A DNA stretch of 62,059 nt, filler included. It is 12 parts of 12 records of this genome, joined end to end, with 100 filler letters (N's around TTAATTAATTAA, not from the genome) between each part and the next. Parts side by side here need not be neighbours in the genome. Positions count along the whole stretch, not along the records: positions 1 to 6,753 come from SRR15195285_11510; positions 6,854 to 11,924 come from SRR15195285_11547; 10 more parts are not named here. One strand, given 5' to 3'. Both the position numbers and the translations under genes were made by a program. Shown here piece after piece: positions 1 through 12,024 of the stretch; position 1 is the stretch's first letter, and the number at the start of each line of letters is the position of its first letter. The notes under the pieces were generated by a model. That model was not told the origin of the DNA and did not search any database. It saw only the letters and a program-made list of their open reading frames with translations.

Positions 1-206
1 ATGTCTCCTAACCTCGAGGGCTTACAGTACTCGAGTACTTCGCGCGTCCAAGCCAAGATGCCACGAGAGCACCGTGCGCGGCCACGCGGCGCGCGTGCGC
101 GCCGCCGCACGGTGTCGCCGCCGCCGCGGGCGCGCGCGCCACGACCGCGAGCGCGCGCGCGCCGTGCCAGTGGCGCCTGGCGTGCGTGGCGGCGAGGAGG
201 GCGGTC

Positions 207-2159
207 ATGTCGGAGAACCTGCTGGACAACACGCTGGAGCTGACGCAGAATGCGGAGAAGAGCGACGTGGGGACAGGCGGTGGCGACTCACAGCAGGTGG
301 ATTGCCAGCATGCGGCTGCAGGGTCGTCGGGCGCCGGCAGCCAGCTGTCGCAGGCTCCACAGGGGGTGGTGCCGCCTGGGCGTCCTGGGGCGTCGGTGCT
401 GGGCGGGTACTTCGCGATCGTGCTGGGCTTCGCGCTCTTCGCCGGGAGCTTCCCGGGGATGTACGAGGTGCAGTTCTGCGGCGAGGGGAACCGCGCCGCG
501 TGCTACGGCCATCTGGGCGCGTCCGCGGCGACGGAGGACCCCGGCGGGCAGCTGGTGGCCATCTACATGTTCTACGGCGGGCTACTCCTCGTCGGTGTCT
601 GGGGTGCCGCGCTGCAGCTTTCCCCAGCCTTCCGCACCTGGGCTTGGCGAGCGCGCCCCGGCCTGCCTGGCGCCGGTGGAGTCGGCAACGCCGGGCAGGC
701 AACGCTTGTGGCAGCACTGCTGCTGCTGCACGTCTTCTGGGCGGCGTGGTGGTGGGGCCACCTCGGCGGCTGCTCCCCGCACACACCGTGCGCGTTCGCC
801 ACCAAGCTGGCGAAGACCATCGGGCACCTGAACGACCTGGAAATGTCGCTGCTGCTGCTGCTCGCGTCCCGCGCGAACGTGTGGGAAGGCGTGCTTGGGC
901 TCGGGTTCGATGAAGGTGTCGCGTGGCACCGCGCCCTCGGGACGCTCATGGTGGTGTGGACGTCGCTCCACGTGCTTGTGTGGCACATCTCGTGGGCTGT
1001 GCAGGGCATCTGGGTGGAGCATGCCATCGCCTACAACGACGACCCGAACGTCATGCTGACCAACCCGAATGCCACCTGCACGCTCGGCCAGACGCTGTCG
1101 GCCACGTGCGGTAATGGACACTTCTGGGCCATCCCGAGCATGGAGCTCTTCACCCTCCTGCTCTGGGGCCCAGCGATGTATCTGGCGCTCTCGTCGACGA
1201 CCCGACGCACGGCTTACGAGCGGTTCTACACGTGGCACCACGTCTTTTTGGGCCTAATACCTCTATCATACTACCACTCTTGGCACGTGTGGCAGTACTC
1301 GTACATCGGGGTGGCTCTTTGGGCGTACAACAAATTCCTGGGCTACAGCCAGTCCAAGACGGCGGTGCAGGTGCGGCAGGCTACTGCGCTGCCCGGCGGC
1401 GTGTCACATCTCACACTCTCGACGAGCTCGTCATCGATTCAGCGTCACCGAGCAGGGCAGTTCATGTACCTCAACGTAACGGAGATCGACCCGTGGCAGT
1501 GGCACCCGTTCACTGTGTCATCTCCTGACTGTGGGCCCGCGTGTGAAGCGCTTTGCTGGGAGCACCACATCAAGAACATGGACGACAACTCTCCCGAAGG
1601 TGCTGGTTCCACTTGGACGGGGCAGCTCTACAGCCGCGTGAACGGCAACCAGCCGTTAACAGTGCGATGTCATGGTCCATATGGCTCGCCGGCTTTCGCG
1701 CTACCCAGTGATGAGGATTGTGTCCTATTCTACGTCGGTGGGATTGGATGCACGCCTGCGCTGTCGATTCTTGCGTCATGGGCAGCCGCCGCAGCGTCAG
1801 GAGTGCAGGTGCCCCACGCTACGCTCGTTTGGGCAGTGCGCGATCTGCAGCTGCTGCGCTCTTTCAGCTCACAGCTGGACGCTATAGCGCGCGACCCGGA
1901 CCACTTCACTCTACAGCTGTACTGTACGCAGAAGGGAGTAGAATTCGACGATTTACCTGAGTCTTTGACTGTCCGCCCGGGGAGACCAGATGCAAAGTCA
2001 CTGCTAGACGATGCGGCTCGCAAGGGTGGCAACGGTGGGACGATGGGTGTGTTTGCGTGTGGGCCGGGGCCTATGGTTGACTCAGTACGTAAGGCGGCTG
2101 CACAGCGCGCGGAAAGCGGCGCATGCACCAGGTTCCATGCAGAGACTTTCGAATTTTGA
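207..2159 (+). CDS. Ferric reductase / NADPH-oxidase-like transmembrane flavocytochrome (FRO/FRE family)
   Basis: Uninterrupted ORF, first ATG at 207. Multiple TM helices with heme His pairs (WHRALG...SLHV; WHHVF...YYHS), FAD motif WHPFTVSS, GPYG, NADPH motif GGIGCTP, and C-terminal FACGP...HAETFEF. Confidence 0.9.
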   Translation: MSENLLDNTLELTQNAEKSDVGTGGGDSQQVDCQHAAAGSSGAGSQLSQAPQGVVPPGRPGASVLGGYFAIVLGFALFAGSFPGMYEVQFCGEGNRAACYGHLGASAATEDPGGQLVAIYMFYGGLLLVGVWGAALQLSPAFRTWAWRARPGLPGAGGVGNAGQATLVAALLLLHVFWAAWWWGHLGGCSPHTPCAFATKLAKTIGHLNDLEMSLLLLLASRANVWEGVLGLGFDEGVAWHRALGTLMVVWTSLHVLVWHISWAVQGIWVEHAIAYNDDPNVMLTNPNATCTLGQTLSATCGNGHFWAIPSMELFTLLLWGPAMYLALSSTTRRTAYERFYTWHHVFLGLIPLSYYHSWHVWQYSYIGVALWAYNKFLGYSQSKTAVQVRQATALPGGVSHLTLSTSSSSIQRHRAGQFMYLNVTEIDPWQWHPFTVSSPDCGPACEALCWEHHIKNMDDNSPEGAGSTWTGQLYSRVNGNQPLTVRCHGPYGSPAFALPSDEDCVLFYVGGIGCTPALSILASWAAAAASGVQVPHATLVWAVRDLQLLRSFSSQLDAIARDPDHFTLQLYCTQKGVEFDDLPESLTVRPGRPDAKSLLDDAARKGGNGGTMGVFACGPGPMVDSVRKAAAQRAESGACTRFHAETFEF

Positions 2160-2301
2160 ACAAGGCAGTCTGCAATGATGTTCTGTGTCAGCGATGGAGA
2201 TGAATCGAATGCAGTAAATCAAGACAATAGCAGCAGTTCGAACTCCATTCCACACTTCCGAAAACGCTGCTTTCGACCGTGTTTGGCTACCAGTTGTCCA
2301 T

Positions 2302-5300
2302 TCATGACTTGCCCAAGATATCGACAGTAGCACTGAGAACCTCGACATCGTAGCCATACTCGTTGCTCACAATCGGGTTGCCCAGCAGGTCAAACTCCTG
2401 TCCGGCCTTTGACCCATCATCTGATGAGGCCGGGGTGGATCCCCTACGCTGCAGCTTAGCTGCATTCGCCAAAAGATCCTCCATCTCGGACATTCTACGA
2501 CGAGTGAGTTTCGGGCCCGCCCAACTTTTGGCTCGAATTTTCGCGCGTACACTTCTGGCGCCGCCTTGCTGCGGGGCTTCGTGGGCGGTCGGCGCAACCA
2601 TATCCTTGAGCTTGGCCAGACCTGCCTTTGTGTGGTTGCTATGGGCGCGTTTGAGCGGCGAGTTGCTGCCGCCGTCATCTCTGACTTTAAGTTTGTTGGG
2701 CTTGCCAGCGTCCAGCCAGCCGTTGCAAGGAAACACCCACGTCTGTTCTGTCCGCGTGTCTGTGATCTCGATACTTTCCAGCATCCAGCTAGCGCTAAAG
2801 CCCTCACCATCTTGCATTATTTTCACCTCCTTAAGGTTGCCTAGCTTCTGCATTGGTGGAAGCACGAACATGTCCGCCTGCCCGCGCTCGAACAAATTTT
2901 CAGGTGCATCGGCCTCTTTGAGCAGTTCCGCGGTGAGTTGTAACGGATCACCGTGTCTGCCTCCGATGGAACCCTTCTTTCCGAAGACTTCGATGGAGAC
3001 ATTCGCGTCTGTACCCGCGCCGGCCTGATCGCATGTACGCGTAGTGACAAGATAGACTGTGTCGTCATCGCCGGAATCGATTGCCTCGTCTGCATCCTGT
3101 TTGGCGTAAGCCATTCCAGCCATCAGAGCGTTCGATCCTCCCCAATGGCTCTTGGGCGCCTTCGGGTTGGTCGATACCGGCTGTTCAGTTTTCATGGTCA
3201 TCTGATTTGGCAGCCAGTGAATAGGCTTCATCAACCACAGGACCATTCTGTCCAAGGTCTCGATCTTCGCTCGAATTTGGCCCAACATATCCCAGCCTTT
3301 GGTACTCAGCGCGAAGAGTTTCCTTTCGGCTCGCACAAGCTGTGGCAACAGCTCGTGGTCAGAAGGCGGATCGAACGTTCTGATGGCTTGCTCACGCTCT
3401 GCTCGCTTTTTGGCTAGCTTCGCATTAGATTCGTGGCCGTTGCCATCCGAGCTATAGCCACCATCAGAATGATTCGGATCTGTTCGCTCTCTCTCCCTAG
3501 GCATCATTTCTTCTCGCCAGTCCATCACTTCTTGGCTGGCAGGAATGATTCGATTTGAAAGTTTTTCCATCTCTGCACAGCATTTCATCGCCTCGTCATC
3601 GATGATCCGCTCGAGTGCATTCTGCGCCTCGTGAAACACGCTTTCCAACAATTCCATCAACTCTTTCTCCAGAGGAGCGCCATCTACCCACAAAACCCCG
3701 ATCGCGACATGCGTTCCATGTTTTCGTGTGGCGAGGTCTAGGATCTTTTTCCGCCACTGGTGGCACATGCGCAGAGTCCCTGGCAAATGCGCAACTTCGT
3801 GCACAGTCCTACTTGCCTGCAGATCTCTGGCCTTCTTGTTAGCGAATAGCCAAAACTCATCCATCCCATCGAACATCCGCAAGCAAAGGCTCTTGGCATC
3901 TGAGTACGATTGCGCAACAGCATCATGTGTCGATGTAACGCTGTCTGCAACAAAGTTCACAGGAACAATATCCTCGATTCCCTGCACCTGGTTCATCTCA
4001 TGGAACGTCACGATACTCTTCACCTGTTCCTGAAACGCCTCATAAAACAACAGCCGTGGCGCATCGAACACCGCCACGAAGTCCTCCATCACTCGGCTCA
4101 GATTTTCCTTTATGGTGTTCTGACGTGGCTCAAAGTAGACCTGCGTCCAGCTGCCGTCCGCCAATGTCGGTTCTAAGTCAGCTTCTTGCCCTGCAAGTTG
4201 TCCGATCATTTTGACCACTTGCTCCTCCTTGCGTTCCGCAGTTACTTCCTCTGAAGGTTTAAAAGTCACGGCAGTACGGAAGTACTCGAGGTTGTAAGCC
4301 TCTTCTGGAAGCGTGCTCAGCAAACTGTTGACGAAGTAGTTGAAGTGGTTGTCGAGGATATCAGTCACGCAATACGCCGTGAGGAAGTCACACAGCCGAA
4401 TGAAGCGAGGCATCAGCACACTGTCACTTTCAGCTTCAAGCGGCTTGTGCGTTTCGCTAATTTTGGCGGGTTTGGGGTTGAGCCGGTTGTTCGGTCCGTA
4501 CTGCTTGGACCCTGGCATTCCGGGAAGCTTCGCTGCGTCCTTGCCGTGCTTTTTCCACCGATAGATCTCATCTTTCTCTGCCTGCTCTATATCCTTGGCC
4601 CGCTGGCGCATCTCTCCCGCCTTGACCTCGCTGATGACACGCTCAATCAAGCGCGACAGCTTTTCCATCATCTGCACGAACGATTCGTGCGATACAACCC
4701 GCTGTTCCTTCAACGCTTTCTGAAATTCAGCCATCGTCGACCGGCCATGCCTCTTCGGTTGGATAAGCTTGGACGGCGGCTGCGTAGCCTCCTCAGCGCA
4801 CTGCGTGACCACATCCCGCAGGCACTGCCTGAAAGTCGGCCGAAAACACATACAGCGGCTGCCTATGATCTTTCGCGTGCGCTGGTACTTCTGCTCACGC
4901 GCGGTGTGGTAGAACTTGTTAAACACCGCCCAAAGGCTCAGGTTGAACCGCCCCTCTCTGGCCTTGAGGTAAGTGGATTCCTGCAGCCACTCAGGCATAG
5001 GCATGAATTCGCCATGACCTGTCGATATTTGTGACACCACACCCGACGTGGTTAGGACGTAGTCCTGGTTGTTCAACTTTTCCACCGTGAGCGGCACGGA
5101 CGAAGATTGTTCGCATCGACCAGCGACCACTGGGACATCCGCGCTGCCCTTCTCCCGCTGGCATCGCGTCGCTCGGTGAATCACCACAACCTCCGAGGCT
5201 TTGGTTGTGGCTGTGTCTTTCTTTAAGACCTCGTCAAGCACAGCCACGCTCCCCGTTGGCTCATCCACACTGCCTGGTCGCAATGTCAGCAGCTTGGACG

Positions 5301-6387
5301 TGCCGTCCAACCAGGGATCATGCTCCTTCACCCATGGGAACTGTTTGTCGGCCAGAGGGGGATCAGCCTCAGACTCAAGGGTCTCCAGAACAGCCATGGC
5401 ACTAGCTGCCCTGGGCCCTGGTGCGCGGCGACCTGCCCGCACGCGGGTGCTGGTCCCTGCATCGGCTGTAGCATCTACAATCTTCGCGCCTGCCTTCACT
5501 TTCATCGCCGCGCCGCGGTAGCAAGCAAGCTCTTCCTTCGACTTGTTCCGGCCGACGCGTTCTTCCGTATACAGCACCTCACGCTTGGACGGTGCGACCT
5601 CGTGATCCAGCACTGACTGTTGATCAACGATCAAACCGTGTGGTAGTGACCCCGGTGCGCAGCGTGGAGCTTGCGAGGTGCGGGAGCGACGGCCATGCTC
5701 CGGCCCGAGAATGGAGAGCCTGCTATGCTGCTGGAGCGAACCCAGCTCCTCGGCACTTCGCGCCCGAAGATGGTTCAGCTCGTCATCAGCGAGGTCAGCT
5801 AGGTCTGCGTCAAGTTCTTGGGCCCAGTTTTCCTGCCCCCACGAGGACCCAACGGAATGGATCGCGCTCTCGCGCGTTTGGCGGCCGTCGGGGACACCCG
5901 ATGGGGTTGCGTTCCGCGACACCGCCGTCGTTTCGCTGCCGGCGCGATCAGCGAGAACTACGGAGACAGGCGACCCCGGACGGCCGAGGCTGTAGGTGGG
6001 ATCTATCTGGCGAACAAATCCCAGCGCCTCCGCCGGCACATCGGCGCCCTCCGCTGGTTGTGGCCGGCGCTGCCCAACATACGCGACGACGGAAAGGACA
6101 GCCCGAGGCATCCACGCACACACACACCACAGAGAGAGAGAGAGAGGACGCATGTGTCAGGTGCAGCCCAGGAGTCGCCAGGGTGAGCAACGACAGGACT
6201 GACTCACCAGTACCGAAAAACTCGGGTCGCTGCTCAGCTTCCGATTGCGCGCTGCACCGAACGCCGGCTGCACCCGCCAAGGGTCCTCCCGCTCCGCCAA
6301 CGGCTGCTGCTTCTGCCGCGGCGGCAGCGCCGAGAAGCCCGAGCTGTCCTCGCCCGGGAGCTGCGGCATGTCCCACATCGTCGCCAT
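2302..6387 (-). CDS. Large protein: inner-arm dynein heavy chain (DNAH6-like) N-terminal tail region plus PLAT/LH2 domain, no motor domain
   Basis: 1283-aa ORF 2302-6153. A probable first exon at 6387-6208 splices (GTGAGT donor 6207, CAG acceptor 6070) in phase 0. PLAT motif YLVTTRTCDQAGAGTDANVSIEVFG...LFERGQADMF...WMLESIEI...FPCNGWL. Dynein-tail similarity is by eye only. Confidence 0.6.
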
Positions 6388-6446
6388 CAAGCGGCAGCGA
6401 GGGCTGCAGAGCGAGGTGGCGAGGGTGGGCGAGGGCGTCTACGTCA

Positions 6447-6503
6447 CCATCCCCATCTCCGTCCCCATCCCCATCGCCATCGCCATCCCCATCGGCGTCA
6501 TCG
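6447..6503. repeat. Imperfect hexamer microsatellite (CCATCC/CCATCG)n
   Basis: Directly visible repeat. Confidence 0.7.
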
Positions 6504-6753
6504 TCTTCTCCCGTAATACCTGTAATAATAACTCGTAATTATGTAATTTCTATTTAATCCAGTTTCATATGATAATTGCAGATGGGACTACGAGTTATTA
6601 CCAGGGCCCCGAGTCCAGCACTGGACCAGATCTGCTGGTGGGCAACGGCACTAAACGTAAAGCTCTTCGAGCGCACCGGCGGCCGCGCCATCGCGCTAAT
6701 AACTCGAATAACTTAGTAATAAGGCTTTTTCTGGTGTCTTATTTTACAATCAT

Positions 6754-6853
6754 NNNNNNNNNNNNNNNNNNNNNNNNNNNNNNNNNNNNNNNNNNNNTTA
6801 ATTAATTAANNNNNNNNNNNNNNNNNNNNNNNNNNNNNNNNNNNNNNNNNNNN
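6754..6853. other. Artificial contig-joining spacer N44-TTAATTAATTAA-N44 (first of 11; others at 11925, 15719, 18840, 23985, 27125, 30250, 33680, 42079, 49265, 53667, each 100 nt)
   Basis: Identical 100-nt block with stop codons in all six frames flanked by Ns; several genes are truncated at these junctions. Confidence 0.98.
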
Positions 6854-6882
6854 ACCTTAGCGACACTTAAAAATCCGGTGTG

Positions 6883-6924
6883 GCGCCGGGGTCCGTACGT
6901 GCGCCGGGGTCCGTACGTGCGCCG
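6883..6924. repeat. 18-bp tandem repeat GCGCCGGGGTCCGTACGT x2.3 directly upstream of sulfatase ATG
   Basis: Exact units at 6883-6900 and 6901-6918, plus a partial copy. Confidence 0.85.
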
Positions 6925-9443
6925 ATGCCGCAGATGATGAATCCCCTCGGGCTGCTGCGGCTCACAGGCCTTGGTGCGGCCTTGCATATGTGTATGGCTT
7001 CAAGTGAGCCATCTGCTCAGCAGAGACCTGTCAACTTTGTACTGATGATGTCCGACGACACCGGCTGGGGAGACATGGGATACCAGAACGGTACCGCCTC
7101 CACGCCACACCTCGACGAGTGGAGCGCTGCCGATTCCGCGATCCGCTTCGAGCGCTTCTACGCGGGCTCTCCCATTTGCTCGCCAACTCGAGCTTCGTTT
7201 TTGACGTGCGCTTCCAGGAACCAGCTCAGCTCGACGCGGCCGTTTGTCATGTCTTGACTGAATACCACTGCGCCCACTGGTCGTTCAGTGGCAGGACACC
7301 GTGGCGGGACTGCATTTTCAACGTCGAATACCGGGCCCTGACCACCACTGAGACAAAGCACATGAGCCTTGCAGCTGCAGCAGCTTCAAAGAATTATCGC
7401 ACGGCGCATTTTGGGAAATGGCGTAAGTGAATCGCTCACTGTCGCAGCCCACAGCAGTTGTCTTCCATCCATGCTAGCTGATGAACGTTTTGGGCGTTTG
7501 GTTGCACTAGACCTTGGTTCGCTGGCTCAGTTACCTCGTGCGCGTGCTGCAAACGGCTCTTGTGGCCGTGGACCGGCGTCTACATGGTGTGCACCACACG
7601 ATGGAGAACTGCCCACGGCCTCCCCTCTCGACCTGGGCTTCGACACGTTTGTCTCAACACCGCAGTGTGCGCCGTCCGCATCGGCAAATTGCGCGTGCGC
7701 GCAAGCGGCTGCACCGGGCCCCGCGTCGCTCGAGAAGTGCAACACGGGGCATTATCACGGCAACCCGGGCGCTCTTACCTTCCCATGCCAGCAGTACTAT
7801 CACCCAGCCGCGTTTCCAGCCGCCGGAGGAGTTGTACAGAGCTGGCCCCGTGCCTCAGATGACGACGACAACAAGTTTCTCGTAGACCGTTTTGAACAGT
7901 TCGTCAATGCTTCGCTCGCTGAGAACAAACCGTTCTTGGCGGTCATCTGGTATCACTCCGTGCACATTCCCTATATTTCGCCGGATGCGTACCGAGGCCA
8001 GTATTCTAGCAAGTTTGACGAAAATCAGGCCGACTATTACGGTGCGCTCACGGCGATGGACGCCCAGATCGGCCGCATCCGCACCTTGCTGCGAACGCTT
8101 GGTATCGAGCAAGACACCCTGTTGACGTACACTGCAGACAATGGGCCAGAGGGACAATCAATTCACGGGTACCATGGCCAACCAGCCGGGGACAACCCAG
8201 GCAGTACGAACGGCCTACGAGGGCGAAAGAGAGTGAGTCCAACACGCACAGCCTAGCACTAGTTGCCAGCTATTGCTCACAACCACAATACTCTGTTTTC
8301 GTCATTCGATTCGGGCGGCAGGATCTTACAGAAGGCGGGATTCGCGAGCCTGGGCTGCTTGAATGGCCAGGAATGATCACACGCAACGTGCACACCCTTT
8401 ACCCTGCCGGAACGTTCGACCTCAAGCCAACAGTGTTGGACATTCTCGGAATCACACCACCTACAGATTGGCCTCTGGATGGCACAAGTCTAGTTCCACT
8501 CATCAAAGGGCAGGCTGTGGAACGAAGCAAACCAATGGGGTGGGTCTGGGGCATGGTTTACGGCAATAGGAACCGCACAGGAGTATGTGGCACATGGGAA
8601 CAGGAGCGTGCTGTGATGAATACCGTGCCAGCATCGCTCCTCCGCAGTGACGTGGGGCTCAATAGTTCCAACGGAACAGACTTGCAGTGGCGATGGGAGC
8701 ACACTGCGGCCGACCTGCGTCAGCTTCGACGGGCAGGCGGGAATGCAGAATCCTCGAACCCGAACCAACAAGTCTGGATGGAGGGCAATCGCTACAAGTT
8801 GTTCGGCTGCAACAACTACGACACCGGGCCGATGACCTACTTCCTCTATGATCTTGTAGAAGACCCTTACGAGTAAGTACAGGCACCTGGGAGTTGTCTC
8901 CACCTTGACGATACCAACCTGTTTTGTTAAATTTGTTGTCCTGTGGAAGTCGATTGCCTAAAGCTAGTCGAGCAGTATTCAAACTAGTCACTACGCTGAT
9001 CTATCCATGCACAATTATGGACGTGCCCGTGCAGGATGCGCGACCTCTCCGCTACCCAACCCTCCAGGGTCGCTGCTATGAGAGCGGCGTTGGCTCAATG
9101 GATTGCGTCCGTAGCGAAGTCGCGCGGTCCAACTGAAACGAATTGCGAAGCGATTGCCCCAGCTCCTCCATCTACACATCCTGTAGGGCCCTTTGCTCCA
9201 GACCCGAGTGCTGCGAACTGCTCGTACAAACCTCATGCAACTATGCCAGGCTCGCACCCAGTGATGATGAGAGGGATTGGAAGCAAGCAAGATTGCTGTG
9301 TTGCGTGTATGAACACGACCTGGTGCGTAGTTGCAATATATCAACAAACCGAGCGGTCGTGCAATATGCATGGAGCTGATGACAACAAACCGCTGAAGGA
9401 GGGCGTCGACTGGGGCGTCGACACAGGGAGGATGCTTGTGTGA
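6925..9443 (+). CDS. Secreted formylglycine-dependent (S1) sulfatase with C-terminal PAN/Apple-like domain; 5 exons
   Basis: Signal-like N-terminus, NFVLMMSDDTGWGD, CSPTRASFLTGR (spliced), HFGKWHLG (spliced), HSVH, TADNGP, GRKR-DLTEGGIREP, LYDLVEDPYE. Introns at about 7206-7288, 7423-7510, 8233-8320 and 8873-9034. Confidence 0.9.
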
Positions 9444-9541
9444 TCGCGACTCGTGTCCCCCGATTTTACGCTCAGCATGTTTTGAGAGGCTGGGAGGATT
9501 GAACAACGGACGGTAGTGTCGAATCCACAATCATCGTTTTG

Positions 9542-10635
9542 CTACAAACTAGCAGTGCCGTACTGCCGTGTCGCCGACAGCGAGCGCCCTTGCTCCTGGT
9601 CCCAGGCGCCCGCTCCCTCACGAACCGCTCGCATTGTCTGCTCCAGATGCTCAGCCATTGTAACACTGGTGTATGCAGCTGGATGCTGCGCAGACACGAA
9701 AGGCGGCAACGGGTACACCTCTGTGTCTGGATGCACTGCGACAAAGCGAATGATGGAATGCCGCAACGTCGACGATGCTCGAACCCGGTGTGGCGTCGCA
9801 ACGAGCAGGCCTGCAGAATATCCACACATCCACCACAGTCACAAGGCCGTGTGCGACACAGCCAAAGCAAGGCTGTGTCGTGCACACCATTTGTGAACCG
9901 CTCCATCATATCGTTGACGATAACAATGCACTGGCCTTCGCGCACGGGCAGCTCAACCCACTCGCCTGCATGCGTCGAGCCGCCCGCTGGCGGAAACATA
10001 AACTGCAACCCAGCTTCGTCCTGAGCCATAAGCGTAATGAGCTCGAAGTCTGTGTGGGCGGAAATGCCGACGCTGCGCATATCCTTTGGCGGTCGCGGCG
10101 GGTATTTCAGTAGCCTGACAGTTCCCAGATCTCCCTGGTGTAGGTGCTGGCCAAACGTCTGCGTTGGCAAGCCAAGCGAATCGCTCATAGCGGCGAGTAA
10201 GCCGAGCGCGAGTTGATCTTGGCGAGAATAGAGATCATCAATGAACTCATCGAGTTCCTCCAGACCTTCGGGCGACACTCCTTGCTGTGCTCCCGCACTC
10301 CACTCCCTGCTTCGCGAAAAGTTCCACGACTCAGCTGAGGCCTGCGTGCCTACCTCGTACGCCTCCTCCGTAGCCGAGTACGTCAGTCGCGTGCGCTCAA
10401 GCCCACCGGCAAAGCGCTGACGTTCGGCTCGCGGAAGGGCGTGCGCGCGTCGGCAGAGCTCGAACGTACGCCGCAGCAGCTGCGGTGGCAACATCGTGGC
10501 CCCGTCCAAGAACACGTGACCATTTCGCCGCAACGCGGCACACAGGCGCTCGGCTTCCTCCAATCGCTCGGGGTGGGCGCTGTCGCAGAGCACATCACAA
10601 CGCACGGTGCAGTGATCCTCAGCTGTGCCCTGCAT
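9542..10635 (-). CDS. 2-oxoglutarate/Fe(II) dioxygenase, isopenicillin N synthase-like family; 2 exons
   Basis: RLLKYPP, HTD iron ligands, GLQ, NDMMERFTNG-(intron about 9890-9811)-LLVATPHRV, RHS (RxS) motif. Confidence 0.88.
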
Positions 10636-11065
10636 CGAGACGCCCTGACGTTCGGTGACGCGTAGGATCCTACGCTTCGCGCGTACTACATGATCATGTA
10701 TTACTAGAGTAGAATAGATTACGTACTAGTACTAGTATGCAATGCCGCCGCGCCCGGCTGTATGACATTTGACAATGAGAATCAGAGAATGACATCAGCA
10801 ATTTCGGCACCGACCGCGCGCGCCATTCATCGTTAGCATATCCATACTCAATACTGGTATGCTAGTATGCATACATGTAGCGCCCCCCAAGCGCGGGGGG
10901 CGCCGCGCGCGCGCGCGCCCCACGCGTACAGCTGTACGTCAATCTATTGCAAAATATAGTTGCAGCGAGTGCTAGATCGAATTTAAGCAGCTGCACTGCT
11001 AGCGCACATCCAGGCGCGCTGTGGTTTCGTCGATCACTGATCCATCGGCGATGTTCACGAGAGCG

Positions 11066-11924
11066 ATGCTCATGTTGACGGCGACGCTGGCGCTGTGCCA
11101 CCTCGTGGCCGCGGCTCCTGCTGCGTACGCTTCCCACAGACTGCAGCTTGTACTCGCTCTCACCGCCGCCGCCGCGCCGCGATCCACCACGTCCGACAGC
11201 TGTCCGCTCTCCGCTCGCTGACCGATTCGCGCCATGGTGAATGAATGCAGGGCTAAGGTTGCCGGCCTTCCCGGGTGGACCGGTCCGATGCCTTCCGATT
11301 GGTATTCTGGCTTCGTCTCCGTTGGTGCCACGAAGAAGCTGCATGTAAGGCTTCTGCGCTGTCAATCATGACCACTGTCAAGCTGCCAATCACGAAGACA
11401 GCACTCTCTTACTCCTACTAGTGGATAGTTCGCAGCGCTTTCCTGCATACAAGATCTGCGCTAAGTGCTAGTGTAAGTCCCGATGGAGCTCATGCTGCAC
11501 CTTTGCTTCGCTGCAGTACGTCTTCGTGGAAGCAGAGACCGACCCAGAGTCGCGGCCTGTTCTCCTGTGGCTGAACGGTGGGCCTGGCTGCAGCTCTATG
11601 GACGGCCTGATGTACGAGCACGGCCCGTTACTTGTCAACCACAACGGAACCGAGCTCGTGCGCAACCCACACAGCTGGTCCACAGTCGCCAATGTTTTGT
11701 ACCTCGAGGCTCCCGCGGGCGTCGGCTTTTCGTACCCTCCGCCGACAGGAAGCTTCGGGGCTAACCAGACTGCGGTCGACAACACCGAGGCGCTGATCGC
11801 ATGGTTTGCAGATTTCCCTGAGTACAAAGTCAATGATTTTTACATCAGCGGCGAATCATGTGCGTTTGCGAGCGCGGGGACTGCAACTGCAACTGCAGCA
11901 GCTGCTGCTGCTGCTGCTGCTGCT
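11066..11924 (+). CDS. Serine carboxypeptidase S10, 5' part (truncated by contig end)
   Basis: Signal peptide exon, LPGW...YSGFV...KLH exon, then LWLNGGPGCSSMDG, LYLEAPAGVGFSY, FYISGES followed by an intron donor. Confidence 0.88.
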
Positions 11925-12024
11925 NNNNNNNNNNNNNNNNNNNNNNNNNNNNNNNNNNNNNNNNNNNNTTAATTAATTAANNNNNNNNNNNNNNNNNNNN
12001 NNNNNNNNNNNNNNNNNNNNNNNN

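Noticed and set aside
74-1241. Long overlapping alternative-frame and antisense ORFs (also 5592-6557, 47829-48250 and many others)
   Set aside because: Shadow ORFs expected in GC-rich coding DNA; Arg/Ala/Pro-rich with no motifs.
11879-11924. (CTGCAA)n/(CTG)n, (GT)n at 42346-42399 and (GA)n tracts as functional elements
   Set aside because: Simple microsatellites in introns, UTRs or contig ends; they probably caused the assembly breaks.
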